Shown: positions 46,834 to 56,673, numbered from the stretch's first letter. The stretch: 64,000 nt of DNA from Candidatus Acetothermia bacterium (GCA_024653345.1 JANLFV010000001.1:84387-148386), one strand, 5' to 3'. Translations and numbers: made by a program. The notes: generated by a model not told the origin, from the letters alone.

Positions 46834-47940
46834 GGAGATGCCGAAATACTCGGTCGAGACCGCGATGCAGGGATGCATCGGGGTCAGGACATACCCGAGG
46901 AAGATGCTGTAGAAGATCACGGCAAAGACCGGCAGGGTCACCCCGGTTGCCCCGACGCCGAGGATGGGGATGATGATCGAGGCCGAGGCCTCGATCCGGC
47001 CCGTGATCAGCCCCAAGAGGAAGCCCCCGACCACGCCGAGGGCTGCCGGGGGGAGGGCCAGCCCGGCCAGGAGCTGGGGGGCCTCCGACCGCTGAAAGAC
47101 GGCGATGAAGAAGAACATCCCCAGGATCACCAGGCTGAAGCGCCAGACCCTCATCTTCTTCCCCACTGCAAGGAGGTCCCTCCCGCTCAGCCGGCCGAAG
47201 CTGGCCACGAGGAGGAGGCTGATCGAGACCCCGGCGAGGGTCCCCAGCTCGCGGACCGGCAGGGCGAGGGTGCTCTCGAGGATCAGGTCCGTGACCGGGG
47301 CAGCCAGGAGGGCCCCCAGAGGGAGCAAGAGCCCCCTCAGCGAGAACGAGCCGGGATAGTCCATCCGGCCCTCGACTCTCCGCAGCAGGAAGAGGTAGCC
47401 GAGCAGGATCGAGAGCAGGCATAGCGGCAAGAGATACGGAATCACGTGATAGATCTCCAAGCCGGCGACCTTGGCTGAGGCGATCAGCGCCGGGCCGAGA
47501 GGATAGACCAGGAAGAGGACATGTCTGAACCAGACATTGACCGCGGCCTGGAGGGCTCGATCGGTCTCCCCGCCGCCGCGCTCGACGAGCGGCGCGGAGA
47601 GGAGCGCTCCGCCAGGCATGGGGAGCATCCCGACGATCGCGGGGGCGAAGGCGAGAAAGGCCCTCCGGCCGATCCGCATGTTCCTGACCAGCCCCTCCAT
47701 CTGGCCCGAGTCCTCCAGCCCGCCGCCGATCAGGGGGATGATCGCCACGACCAAGGCCAGGAGCAAGATCCCCGGATCACGGAAGAGCCCGAGGAGTGCC
47801 GCCCCGACCTGCTCGGGCGAGAGGGCGAGGAAGCCGAACACTATCGCCGCGCTGAAGAGCGCGACATACAGCCTCCACCGCGCCAGCCCCAAGAGCACCG
47901 CTACCGCGAGGAGCAGGCCGAGCCAAGTGCGGAGTTCCAT
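46750..47940 (-). CDS. Polytopic membrane protein, possibly DUF401-family.
   Basis: About 10-12 TM helices and 396 aa. Family assignment from pattern memory only. Last gene of an ACAD-M24-membrane operon. Confidence 0.4.
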   Translation of the reverse strand: MELRTWLGLLLAVAVLLGLARWRLYVALFSAAIVFGFLALSPEQVGAALLGLFRDPGILLLALVVAIIPLIGGGLEDSGQMEGLVRNMRIGRRAFLAFAPAIVGMLPMPGGALLSAPLVERGGGETDRALQAAVNVWFRHVLFLVYPLGPALIASAKVAGLEIYHVIPYLLPLCLLSILLGYLFLLRRVEGRMDYPGSFSLRGLLLPLGALLAAPVTDLILESTLALPVRELGTLAGVSISLLLVASFGRLSGRDLLAVGKKMRVWRFSLVILGMFFFIAVFQRSEAPQLLAGLALPPAALGVVGGFLLGLITGRIEASASIIIPILGVGATGVTLPVFAVIFYSIFLGYVLTPMHPCIAVSTEYFGISLRAFLGRLALPAGLALAAAAVLAVLLY

Positions 47941-47941
47941 C

Positions 47942-49105
47942 TCAGACCGTCAGGCTCCCCAGGTCCCGGGGGTAGTCGGTTAAGACCTCGACCCCTTCCT
48001 CGGTGATCAAGATCGTATCGCTGTGGCGGTAGCCGCCGTGGCCGGGGATGTAGATCCCCGGCTCGATGGAATAGACCTGGCCGGGGCGCATCTCGCCCTC
48101 GCTGTTCCGGTCGATGAACGGCGGCTCATGCGCCGCGAAGCCGAGGTGGTGGCCGGTGTGGTGGCGAAGGTAGGGCTCCCTCCCCTGCGCGACGAGGAAG
48201 CCGTGGACGGCCCGGTCGACCTCGGCCAAGGGGACCCCGGGGCCGCTCCGCTCGAGCCCGAGCTGCTGGGCCTCGAGCATGATCTCGAAGAAACGGCGCT
48301 GCTCGGCCGTCGGCTCCCCCACGATGAGGGTCCGCTCGAGCTCACTACAATAGCCCCAGATGTCCGCGCTCGCGCCGGTGATCAAGAGGTCGCCGGGCTG
48401 GATCTTCCGGTTCAGGCTCATCGCGTGCGGGAGGGCCGTCCGCTCGCCGCTGATCAGCCCGGCCTCGGCGGGGAACCCGCCGCGCATGTGGCCGCCGTAT
48501 TCCGGCCCTAGGGCCGCGAGCATCTCCCGGCTCGCCTCGTATGAGGCGCGCAGGCCGAGCTCGAGCTCGCTCAGCCCTACCTGAATGAGCTCTTGGAGCT
48601 TGCGATGGGCCAATGCGCCCCACTTGGCCGACTCGCGGATCAGCTCGAGCTCCGCTGGGCTCTTGACCAGCCAGAGGTCGTCGATCAGCTTGGGCTCGAC
48701 CTTCACCTCAGCCCGGACCAGCTCGGAGAGCTTCGGCCCCTCATACCCCCAGATCCCGGGGTAGCCGTCGCTGTCGGCCACGATGCGCTTGGCCCCTTTG
48801 AGCAGGCTGGCTAAGAGCCGAAGCGGCGGCTCCGCGCCGGGATACTCGAAGTAGTGATGGACCTCGTCGATCAAGGGGCAGGCCTGGGCCGGCTCGAGCT
48901 CGAGCCGGGGGATGAAGGCTACGAGCCTCTTCTCATCGACGATCAACGCCACCGGCCGCTCGGTGGCCAAGAGATGGTAGCCGCAGAGCCAGGCGATCCG
49001 CTTGGCACTGAACAAGACGAGCCGGTCCGCCCCGCGCTCATCCAGCCGCTCCCGGACCCGCCCGATCCGGGCAAGATACTCTTTCTCTTCAATCTTCAGC
49101 CCCAT
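47942..49105 (-). CDS. M24-family metallopeptidase (Xaa-Pro aminopeptidase/dipeptidase-like).
   Basis: Pita-bread fold metal ligands in HHTGHHLG...SIEPGIY...H. RBS GGAGG before the ATG. Confidence 0.8.
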   Translation of the reverse strand: MGLKIEEKEYLARIGRVRERLDERGADRLVLFSAKRIAWLCGYHLLATERPVALIVDEKRLVAFIPRLELEPAQACPLIDEVHHYFEYPGAEPPLRLLASLLKGAKRIVADSDGYPGIWGYEGPKLSELVRAEVKVEPKLIDDLWLVKSPAELELIRESAKWGALAHRKLQELIQVGLSELELGLRASYEASREMLAALGPEYGGHMRGGFPAEAGLISGERTALPHAMSLNRKIQPGDLLITGASADIWGYCSELERTLIVGEPTAEQRRFFEIMLEAQQLGLERSGPGVPLAEVDRAVHGFLVAQGREPYLRHHTGHHLGFAAHEPPFIDRNSEGEMRPGQVYSIEPGIYIPGHGGYRHSDTILITEEGVEVLTDYPRDLGSLTV

Positions 49106-49182
49106 CTGCGCCTCCTCAGATCAGCGCGAGATTGTAGCCCGAGGCTCATCTCAAGTCCAATGCGGTTCACGCCAGGAGAGGT

Positions 49183-50346
49183 TCACTTGAACGCCGAGAG
49201 CCCGGTGATCGCCTCCCCCAGGATCAGGGTGTGGATCTCGTGGGTCCCCTCGTAGGTCTTGACCGCCTCGAGGTTCATCAGGTGGCGGACCGCCTGGTAG
49301 TCCAGGGTGATCCCGTTCGCCCCGAGGATCTCCCGGGCCGAGCGGGCGACCATCTGGGCCATCGCCACATTATTCCGCTTGGCGAGCGAGATCTGGACAT
49401 GATCGGCCCGGCCTTCCTCCTTGAGCTGGGCCAGCCGGAAGACCAAGAGCTGGGCCTTGGTGATCTCGGTGAGCATCTCCGCCAGCTTCTCCTGGATCAG
49501 TTGGAAGGAGCCGATCGGCCTCCCGAACTGGACCCGCTCGAGTGCGTAAGCCCTGGCCTCCTCATAGCAGGCTAAGGCCGCTCCGACCGCCCCCCAGGCG
49601 ATCGAATACCGGGCCTGGTTGAGGCACATCAATGCCGGCTTCAGCCCTTGAGCCTGAGGGAGCATGTTCTCCGCGGGGATGCGGCAGTCGGTGAAGACGA
49701 GCTCGCCGGTGTCCGAGGTTCGGAGGGACATCTTATGCTCGATCTTGGCCTGGGTGAACCCCGGAGTCCCCCGCTCGACGAGGAAGCCACGAATCCCCTC
49801 ATCAGTCCTGGCCCAGACTAGAGCCACATCTGCTAGGGTCGCATTAGTGATCCAGGTCTTGACCCCGTTCAGGACATAATAATCCCCGTCGCGGTCGGCC
49901 CGGGTCTGGAGCCCCCCGGGGTTTGAGCCGAACTCCGGCTCGGTCAGCCCGAAGCAGCCCACGGCCTCGCCCCTGGCTAGCCTAGGGAGCCACCTTTCTT
50001 TTTGCTCCTCCGAGCCGAAGGTGTAGATCGGCCACATCACCAGGCCGCCCTGGACCGAGGCGAAGCTCCGGATAGCGGAGTCGCCCCGCTCGAGCTCCTC
50101 CATCACCAGGCCATAGGAGAGTTCATCAACACCGGCCGCGCCGTAGCCCTCGAGGTTGGCCCCCAAGAAGCCGAGTTCCCCGAGCCTGGGGATCAACTCC
50201 GTGGGGAACCGCCTTACCTCGAAGGCCCCCTTGATGATCGGGAGGACCTCCTCATCGACGAACTCGCGGGCCGTCTTGCGGATCAGCCGCTGCTCCTCGT
50301 TCAGCAGGGAATCGAGCTCATAAAGATCGGCCCCTCTGAAGCCCAT
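49183..50346 (-). CDS. Acyl-CoA dehydrogenase (glutaryl-CoA dehydrogenase-like).
   Basis: ACAD N-terminal, middle and C-terminal domains. GCFGLTEPEFGSNP region. Start at the ATG (MGFRGAD) with a GGAGGTG RBS rather than the upstream TTG. Confidence 0.85.
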   Translation of the reverse strand: MGFRGADLYELDSLLNEEQRLIRKTAREFVDEEVLPIIKGAFEVRRFPTELIPRLGELGFLGANLEGYGAAGVDELSYGLVMEELERGDSAIRSFASVQGGLVMWPIYTFGSEEQKERWLPRLARGEAVGCFGLTEPEFGSNPGGLQTRADRDGDYYVLNGVKTWITNATLADVALVWARTDEGIRGFLVERGTPGFTQAKIEHKMSLRTSDTGELVFTDCRIPAENMLPQAQGLKPALMCLNQARYSIAWGAVGAALACYEEARAYALERVQFGRPIGSFQLIQEKLAEMLTEITKAQLLVFRLAQLKEEGRADHVQISLAKRNNVAMAQMVARSAREILGANGITLDYQAVRHLMNLEAVKTYEGTHEIHTLILGEAITGLSAFK

Positions 50347-50398
50347 CGCCCACCTCCAGGTAGGAAGCTCGCTCAAGGGGAGTATAAGCTAAGGCGGG

Positions 50399-50474
50399 TG
50401 GCGGTCCCAAGGGGATTCGAACCCCTGTTTCCGGCTTGAGAGACCAGTGTCCTAGGCCGCTAGACGATGGGACC
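50399..50474 (-). tRNA. tRNA-Glu (anticodon CUC).
   Basis: Reverse complement GGTCCCATCGTCTAGCGGCCTAGGACA CTGGT CTCTCAA GCCGG AAAC AGGGGTTCGAATCCCCTTGGGACCGCCA. Cloverleaf with 7-bp acceptor, TTCGAAT T-loop and encoded CCA. The body closely resembles bacterial tRNA-Glu. Ends are within 2 nt. Confidence 0.7.
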
Positions 50475-50495
50475 TCTAAGGGAGGCCGCGCCTCC

Positions 50496-50569
50496 TGGCT
50501 GGGAGAGGAGGATTCGAACCCCCACTAACAGGTCCAGAGCCTGTCGTCCTACCGTTAGACGATCTCCCA
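50496..50569 (-). tRNA. tRNA-Gln (anticodon CUG).
   Basis: Reverse complement TGGGAGATCGTCTAACGGTAGGACG ACAGG CTCTGGA CCTGT TAGT GGGGGTTCGAATCCTCCTCTCCCAGCCA. U1:A72 is typical of bacterial tRNA-Gln. Anticodon loop CU-CUG-GA. Confidence 0.7.
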
Positions 50570-50684
50570 ATCCGGCCCTAATCTTACCGGAGGGGGCAGT
50601 TCTTGTCAAACCCTTCCCGTCTCGACCTGAGCTTGACACCCCCGCGCGGAGAGGATTAGACTCGATCGGAAGGGGAGGGATGGG

Positions 50685-51536
50685 ATGGCCGTCCGCAGAC
50701 CATATGTCGCCGGGCTCTTCTATGCCGGGAGCGAGGCCCAGCTCCGCAGGCAGCTCGAGTGGTGCTTCTCCTGCGAGCTCGGCCCGGGGAAGCTCCCTGA
50801 GCCGCCGAGCCGCGAGCTGGCTGGCCCGGTGGCGCTCGTCCTCCCCCATGCGGGCTACCAGTATTCCGGGCCGGTCGCGGCCTGGGGGTTCGCCTGGCTC
50901 GCCAGACAGGGCCGGCCCGCGGCGGCCGTGATCGTCGGGACGAACCATACCGCCTATGGCGGGCGGGTCTCGATCATGACCTCCGGGCTCTGGGAGACGC
51001 CTCTGGGGGCAGCGGAGATCGACGCCCCGCTGGCGGAGTCAATCATGAGCCTCAACCCTGCCGTTGCCCTCCGCCCCGAGGCCTTCGCCGCGGAGCACTC
51101 AGTCGAGGTCCAGCTCCCCTTTCTCCAGTATCTCTTCGGCAAGCTCAAGTTCGTCCCGCTCGTCTCGCGCGACCAGGAGCTCGAGACCTCGAGGGAGCTG
51201 GGGCGGGCGCTCGCCGAGGCGCTGAAGGGCCGGCCGATCGCGCTCATCGCCAGCAGCGACTTCACCCACTACGAGCCGCACGAGGCCGCGAGCCGGAAGG
51301 ACCGGGCCGCGATCGAGCGGATCAGGGAGCTCGACCTCGAGGGCTTCTACGAGGTTATCGCGCGCCATTCCATCACCATCTGCGGGTATGGCCCGATCGC
51401 GGCGGTGATGGAGGCCGCTCAGCTCCTGGATCTGGGAACTGTGGAGTTGCTCAAGTATGCCACCTCGGGGGAGCTCGGCGGGGACCGCTCGGCGGTCGTG
51501 GGCTACGCCAGCATCTCCTTCGGAGGGGCGCGATGA
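50685..51536 (+). CDS. MEMO1-family protein (AmmeMemoRadiSam system protein B).
   Basis: VAGLFYAG...VLPHAGYQYSG...His ligands of the Memo/LigB-like fold. 283 aa. Confidence 0.8.
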   Translation: MAVRRPYVAGLFYAGSEAQLRRQLEWCFSCELGPGKLPEPPSRELAGPVALVLPHAGYQYSGPVAAWGFAWLARQGRPAAAVIVGTNHTAYGGRVSIMTSGLWETPLGAAEIDAPLAESIMSLNPAVALRPEAFAAEHSVEVQLPFLQYLFGKLKFVPLVSRDQELETSRELGRALAEALKGRPIALIASSDFTHYEPHEAASRKDRAAIERIRELDLEGFYEVIARHSITICGYGPIAAVMEAAQLLDLGTVELLKYATSGELGGDRSAVVGYASISFGGAR

Positions 51537-52390
51537 TCCGGTCCATGACCGGCTTCGGGCGGGGGAGCGCCAGCTCCGGTGCCTGGATGGTCGAGGCGAG
51601 GCTGAAGACGGTTAACCATCGCTACCTCGAACTGCAGCTCCGCGGGCTGGAGGGGCGCGAGACGCTGGAGATCGCGGCGCGACGGCTCCTCGAGGGAGCG
51701 TTTGCCCGTGGCCGGATTGAGCTCGCAGTGGAGCTGGAGAGCGCTGGCGAGGGGGGCCTGATCTTCGACCTCGAGACCGCCCGGCGCTACTACCGCTCGC
51801 TGAACGGGCTGTGCAACGAGCTAGGACTCGAGGACTGGGTCAGGCTGAGCGACCTCATCGCCTTGGGAGCCCTCCGTCCCCAGGAGGACGAGGAGGAGCT
51901 CTGGCTGCTCCTGGAGAGGGCGATCAACGAGGCGATCGCCTCGGTCCAGGAGATGCGGGCTCGCGAGGGCGAGCACCTTCAGCGAGATCTGGAGGGAGCG
52001 CTGGGGCGATTGAGCCAGATACTGGATCAGGTCGAGGCCCGTGCCCCTGAGGTGAAGGTCTACTACCGCGAGAAGCTGCGCGAGCGCGTGGAGGAGCTAT
52101 TGCAATCGCCGATAGTTCGGGAGCGGCTCGAGGAGGAGGTCGTGCTCTTCGTCGAGCGAGCTGACATCTCTGAAGAGTTGGTGAGGCTGCGGAGTCACCT
52201 GGCGGGGGCGCGCGCTGCGTTCGACTCGCCCGAGCCCGCGGGGCGAGTCCTCGACTTCCTGGCTCAGGAGATGGCCCGCGAGGCGAACACGATCGCGGCC
52301 AAGGCCCGCGACACGGAGATCCTCCGCCAGACCGTGGCGATGCGGGCGGAGATCGAGAGGCTAAGAGAGCAGGTGAGGAACATTGAGTAG
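51533..52390 (+). CDS. yicC: YicC-family stress-induced protein.
   Basis: MIRSMTGFGRG N-terminus and the C-terminal DUF1732-like helix region. ATG overlaps the upstream stop. Confidence 0.85.
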   Translation: MIRSMTGFGRGSASSGAWMVEARLKTVNHRYLELQLRGLEGRETLEIAARRLLEGAFARGRIELAVELESAGEGGLIFDLETARRYYRSLNGLCNELGLEDWVRLSDLIALGALRPQEDEEELWLLLERAINEAIASVQEMRAREGEHLQRDLEGALGRLSQILDQVEARAPEVKVYYREKLRERVEELLQSPIVRERLEEEVVLFVERADISEELVRLRSHLAGARAAFDSPEPAGRVLDFLAQEMAREANTIAAKARDTEILRQTVAMRAEIERLREQVRNIE

Positions 52391-52625
52391 GGAGCTGATT
52401 GCTCTGGGTCCGCAGAGCCTGGTGTTGCGCGACCGAGTTGTGCTGATCGCCCGGCCGGACACAGTCCCGCTCCAGCGGCTGATCCGGCGCTACGAGGGGG
52501 AGGGGAGGCTGATCGACCTCACCCAGGGCCGGGGAGCCCGCGCGGCGGTCATCACTGACGCTGGGTTCATCATCCTCTCGCCGCTCCGGCCGAAGACGAT
52601 CGCCGAGCGGTTCCTCGAGGAATGA
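52383..52625 (+). CDS. DUF370 (RemA/YlzA-like) small protein.
   Basis: 80 aa. The family is typically found between yicC/yloC and gmk, exactly as here. TTG start. Confidence 0.7.
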   Translation: MSRELIALGPQSLVLRDRVVLIARPDTVPLQRLIRRYEGEGRLIDLTQGRGARAAVITDAGFIILSPLRPKTIAERFLEE

Positions 52626-53194
52626 CCCCGCGGCTCTTCGTCCTGAGCGGCCCCTCAGGCGTGGGGAAGACGACGATTGTCCGGGCCGTGCTGGAGAGGA
52701 TCGGGAACCTGGAGTTCTCCGTCTCCTGCACTACCCGCCCGCCGCGAGCTGGGGAGAGAGAAGGGGTAGACTACTACTTCATCTCGCCCCAGCAGTTCGC
52801 GGCCCTGGTCCGGGCCGGGCAGTTCCTCGAGCACGCCTGGGTCTACGGCCATCGCTACGGGACGCCCTTGGCGGAGGTGGAGCAGCGCTTGCAGCGGGGG
52901 AAGAGCGTGCTCTTGGACATCGACACCCAGGGAGCGGCAGCGGTCCACCGGCGGAGGGCCAGGCTCGGCTTCCCCACGAGCTTCATCTTCGTCCTCCCCC
53001 CGTCGCGGGAGGAGCTCCTCCGCCGCCTTGAAGGGAGGAAGAGCGAGACGGTCGAGGAGCTGCGGCGGCGACTCGAGGAGGCCTGGGAGCAGACCGCGGC
53101 CGGGATGTGGTTCGACTATCTCGTGATCAACCGCCATCTGGAGGAGGCGATCTCATGGGTCACGCGGCTGATCCGACTGGAGTTATTAGGATAG
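52622..53194 (+). CDS. gmk: Guanylate kinase.
   Basis: P-loop SGPSGVGKTT and the downstream TTRPPR.GE..G.DY motif. Confidence 0.9.
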   Translation: MTPRLFVLSGPSGVGKTTIVRAVLERIGNLEFSVSCTTRPPRAGEREGVDYYFISPQQFAALVRAGQFLEHAWVYGHRYGTPLAEVEQRLQRGKSVLLDIDTQGAAAVHRRRARLGFPTSFIFVLPPSREELLRRLEGRKSETVEELRRRLEEAWEQTAAGMWFDYLVINRHLEEAISWVTRLIRLELLG

Positions 53195-53607
53195 GGCTGG
53201 ATCTCGTGGAGATCGGGCGGATCGAGCGACTGGTCGACCGCTGGGGCGAGCGATTCCTGAAGAGGGTCTTCACCGAGGAGGAGCTACGCTCCTCTCTCGG
53301 GCGGCGGAGGAGCGCGGAGCACCTGGCCGCGCGGTTCGCGGCGAAGGAGGCCCTCATCAAAGCCGCGGGGCTGCCGTCCGGCTGGCGGAGGATCGAGATC
53401 TCGAACAGGCGCTCGGGCGAACCTTACTTCTCCCAACTTCCTGAAGGCCTGGCCCCGGAACGGGTCCGACTGAGCCTCTCCCACGCCGCTGGGGTGGCGA
53501 TGGCCATCGTCCTGATCGAGGCCAGTCTCCCTAGAAGGCCCGTTGCTCCTCCCCGCGCCGGAGCTGGGCGATGTTCGTCCGATGGCGGAAGAGGGCGAGC
53601 AGGGTGA
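53155..53607 (+). CDS. acpS: Holo-[acyl-carrier-protein] synthase.
   Basis: IGLDLVEI...FTEEE...AARFAAKEA AcpS motifs. The start is uncertain (ATG 53155 overlaps gmk). The C-terminal extension overlaps convergent plsY. Confidence 0.7.
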   Translation: MGHAADPTGVIRIGLDLVEIGRIERLVDRWGERFLKRVFTEEELRSSLGRRRSAEHLAARFAAKEALIKAAGLPSGWRRIEISNRRSGEPYFSQLPEGLAPERVRLSLSHAAGVAMAIVLIEASLPRRPVAPPRAGAGRCSSDGGRGRAG

Positions 53608-54118
53608 GAGCGGCCATCAGAACTACCCCCCAGAGATCATGGGTGAAGAGCCACACCGTCAGCGGAGAGAGGGAAAGGGCCGCGAGCGAGGCGACCGAGG
53701 CAAATCGCGTCCGCCACAACGCCAGAGCCCAAAGGGCGATCGAGATCAAGAGCGCCTCCCAGGAGAGGGCGGCCAGGAGGCCGAGGGAGGTCGAGACCCC
53801 CTTCCCCCCGCTGAACCTGATGAAGATGCTCCAGTCGTGGCCCACGACCGCCAGCCCCGCCAAAAGGAGCGGCCAAGCCCCGGTCAAGCCCCAATGGCTG
53901 GCCAATAGCCCGGCGGCCAGCCCCTTCCCCAGGTCGAGGGCCAGGGCCAGAGGATAGTAGCGCCGGCCGAGGACCCGTCCGACATTCGTCGCCCCGACGT
54001 TCCCGCTCCCGTGCTCGCGGATGTCGATCCCCTTCAGCCGGCCGATGATGTAGCTGCAGGGGATCGCCCCGAGGAGATAGAAGACAGCCGCAACGAGGAG
54101 GCCTTCGAGGAGCCTCAA
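53531..54118 (-). CDS. plsY: Glycerol-3-phosphate acyltransferase PlsY.
   Basis: GSGNVGATN signature and five TM helices. 195 aa. Confidence 0.9.
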   Translation of the reverse strand: MRLLEGLLVAAVFYLLGAIPCSYIIGRLKGIDIREHGSGNVGATNVGRVLGRRYYPLALALDLGKGLAAGLLASHWGLTGAWPLLLAGLAVVGHDWSIFIRFSGGKGVSTSLGLLAALSWEALLISIALWALALWRTRFASVASLAALSLSPLTVWLFTHDLWGVVLMAALTLLALFRHRTNIAQLRRGEEQRAF

Positions 54119-54182
54119 CGCCCGATCACTCCTGTCACCCGATCCCGCAGCGCCACAGCGCGCAGCCGCCGGACCGACGGCT

Positions 54183-55823
54183 CTAGGAGAGCCTCTTCCC
54201 CTGGAGGTGCTCGCGCATGGTCAGCATCTCGTGGCCCTGGTCTTCCTTATAGAGCTCTTGCGGCGCGAGGTTGCGCATCGAGAGCCGGACCTGCCGCTTC
54301 TCCTCGTTGATCCCGATGATGCGGGCCTCGACCTCATCCCCGACAGCGAGGACCTCGTGGGGCGTGGCGATCCGGTCCTCGGAGATCTCCGAGACATGGA
54401 TCAGCCCCTCCACATCTGGGGTGATCTGCATGAAGGCCCCGAAGTCCTTGATCTCGATGATCTTCCCCCGCACGGTCGAGTTGAGGGAATACTCCTCGAG
54501 GAACTTGTGCCAGGGGTCCTCGCGCAGCTCCTTGAGGGAGAGGCGGATCTTCCGCCGAGCCTTGTCGACCTTCAGGACCTTCGCCTCGACCTCGTCGCCA
54601 TCCTTGAGGAGCTCCTCCGGCCGGCTGACCCGCTCCCAGCTCATCTCGGAGATGTGCAACAGCGCCTCGACGCCCTCCTCCAGCTCGACGAAGGCCCCGA
54701 AGTCGGCCAGCTTCGTGACCCTTCCCCTGACGATCGACCCCTGCGGGTAATGCCGGTCGACCGCATCCCAGGGGTCTGGCAGGGCCCGCTTCAATGAGAG
54801 CGAGATGCGGTGCGACTTCTCGTCGCACCCCAGCACGACCACCTCGAGCTCATCCCCTTCGGAGACAACCTGGCGCGGGTCCTTCGGAAAGCCCCAAGAG
54901 AGCTCCGAGATGTGGACCAGGCCCTCGACATCCGGCTCGAGCTCCAGGAAGGCCCCGAACTCGGTGATGCTCACGACCTTCCCCTTCACCCTCTTCCCGA
55001 CAGGGTAGCGCTGGGCGAGCCCCTCCCAAGGGTTGGGCCGGAGCCGCTTGATCGAGAGGGAGATCCGCCCCTTCTCCGGGTCGAAGCCCAAGACGCGGAC
55101 GGGGATCTTCTGCCCCACCTTGTAGTTGTGGGCCGGGAAGGGGACGTCCTTCCAGGAGATCTCCGAGCGGTGGACGAGCCCCTCGAAGCCCCCGATGTCC
55201 ACGAAGATCCCGAAATCGACGATCGACTTGACCACTCCCTCGCGGACCTGCCCTTCCTCGAGGCTGGCGAAGAGCTTGGCCTTCCGCTCCTCCTCCAACT
55301 TCTCCAGATACCGCTTGTGGGAGACGACGAGGTTCTTCTCCCAGCGGTCGAGCTCGATGATGATGAAGTCCGTCTCGCGCCCGCGCAGCTTCTCAATGTC
55401 CCCGGGGAGATCGTTGCCCAGGTGGGAGCCGGGGAGGAAGGCCCTGATCCCGGAGAGGTTCACATGGTAGCCGGCGCCGGAGACCTCGGCCTCGATCCTG
55501 CCCCGGACCGGAAAGCCCTTGTGATAGGCCTCCTCCAGCCGGGAGATCGACCGCTCGTAGAGGGCCTGCTTCTCCGAGACATAGACCGTCCCCTCTTCTT
55601 CGTCGATGTAGGTTACGAGGACCTCGAGCTCCTCGCCCTCGGTCACCTTCCCATTCCTGAAGGACGAGAGCTCGCTCCAGCGCAGGATCCCCTCGGTCTT
55701 GTAGCCGATGTCCACGGAGATCACCTGATCCGAGATCTGGAGGACCTTGCCCCTGATGATGTCACCCCGCGTGTAGGTATGCACGTCACTGTTCGCGACG
55801 AACTCTTCCATCTTCCTTGCCAT
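54183..55823 (-). CDS. rpsA: 30S ribosomal protein S1.
   Basis: Six S1 domains (repeated G.V..I...G.FV.L pattern). 546 aa. Confidence 0.9.
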   Translation of the reverse strand: MARKMEEFVANSDVHTYTRGDIIRGKVLQISDQVISVDIGYKTEGILRWSELSSFRNGKVTEGEELEVLVTYIDEEEGTVYVSEKQALYERSISRLEEAYHKGFPVRGRIEAEVSGAGYHVNLSGIRAFLPGSHLGNDLPGDIEKLRGRETDFIIIELDRWEKNLVVSHKRYLEKLEEERKAKLFASLEEGQVREGVVKSIVDFGIFVDIGGFEGLVHRSEISWKDVPFPAHNYKVGQKIPVRVLGFDPEKGRISLSIKRLRPNPWEGLAQRYPVGKRVKGKVVSITEFGAFLELEPDVEGLVHISELSWGFPKDPRQVVSEGDELEVVVLGCDEKSHRISLSLKRALPDPWDAVDRHYPQGSIVRGRVTKLADFGAFVELEEGVEALLHISEMSWERVSRPEELLKDGDEVEAKVLKVDKARRKIRLSLKELREDPWHKFLEEYSLNSTVRGKIIEIKDFGAFMQITPDVEGLIHVSEISEDRIATPHEVLAVGDEVEARIIGINEEKRQVRLSMRNLAPQELYKEDQGHEMLTMREHLQGKRLS

Positions 55824-56673
55824 CGTTCACACCACCCATCAATCGCTCAATCTCTCCTTGGACTGCCCGTAGAGACGTCTCGGGGGTGGAGGTGCCGCCC
55901 GAGATCCCGATCCGATGCTTCCCCATCAACCACCTCCTCTCCAGCTGGTTCGGACTCTCTATATGATAGCATCCAGTATAGCGCGCTGCAATCTCGGCGA
56001 GCCGGGCGGTGTTAGAGCTGTTCCGGCCCCCGATTACGAGCATGAGCTCCACCCGGCAGGCCGCCTCCCGGACGGCCTCCTGGCGACGGAGGGTCTCCTG
56101 GCAGAGGGTGTTGACCGCCTTCAGCTCCCGGACCTGTCTCGCGGCCGCAGCGACCACGGCCGTGAACTGCTCGGGGAGGAGCGTCGTCTGGGAGAGGACT
56201 CCCAGGCGATCGCCCGGCCGGAAGGATAGCTCCTCCGGGGTAAGGACGACCTCCGCCCTCCCGCCGACCGCACCCAGCAGGCCGGCGAGCTCCGGATGCT
56301 CCCGGTGGCCGACGAGCACCAGCCGATAGCCCTCGGCGGCCAGGCGGAGCGCCTCCGAGTGGGCAGCCAGCACCCGGGGACAGGTTCCGTCAACGATCTG
56401 GTAGCCTCGCTGCTTGACCTCTTCCAGGATCTGGGGCGGGAGCCCGTGAGCGCGGATGAGAAACCGCTTGCCAGCCCCCTCAATCGGGAGCTCCTCGAGG
56501 CTGGAGACGGTCCTCAATCCGAGCGCGGCGAGGCGAGCCACCTCTTCCAGGTTATGGATCAGCTCGCCGAAGCAGTAGAGCTGGCCCCGCTCGCGGAGGA
56601 GGCGCTCGACCAGCCCGACAGTCCGCCGCACCCCGGAGCAGAAGCCGTATGGCCGGACCAGCTCGATCTCCAT
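55786..56673 (-). CDS. ispH: 4-hydroxy-3-methylbut-2-enyl diphosphate reductase.
   Basis: YGFCSGV Cys ligand motif at the N-terminus and the LytB family. Immediately upstream of rpsA with an overlap. Confidence 0.9.
   Translation of the reverse strand: MEIELVRPYGFCSGVRRTVGLVERLLRERGQLYCFGELIHNLEEVARLAALGLRTVSSLEELPIEGAGKRFLIRAHGLPPQILEEVKQRGYQIVDGTCPRVLAAHSEALRLAAEGYRLVLVGHREHPELAGLLGAVGGRAEVVLTPEELSFRPGDRLGVLSQTTLLPEQFTAVVAAAARQVRELKAVNTLCQETLRRQEAVREAACRVELMLVIGGRNSSNTARLAEIAARYTGCYHIESPNQLERRWLMGKHRIGISGGTSTPETSLRAVQGEIERLMGGVNDGKEDGRVRREQ

Noticed and set aside
54810-56015. 401-aa plus-strand ORF opposite rpsA/ispH
   Set aside because: Antisense to two highly conserved genes and with Pro/Leu/Asp/Glu-biased composition. 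It is a GC artefact.
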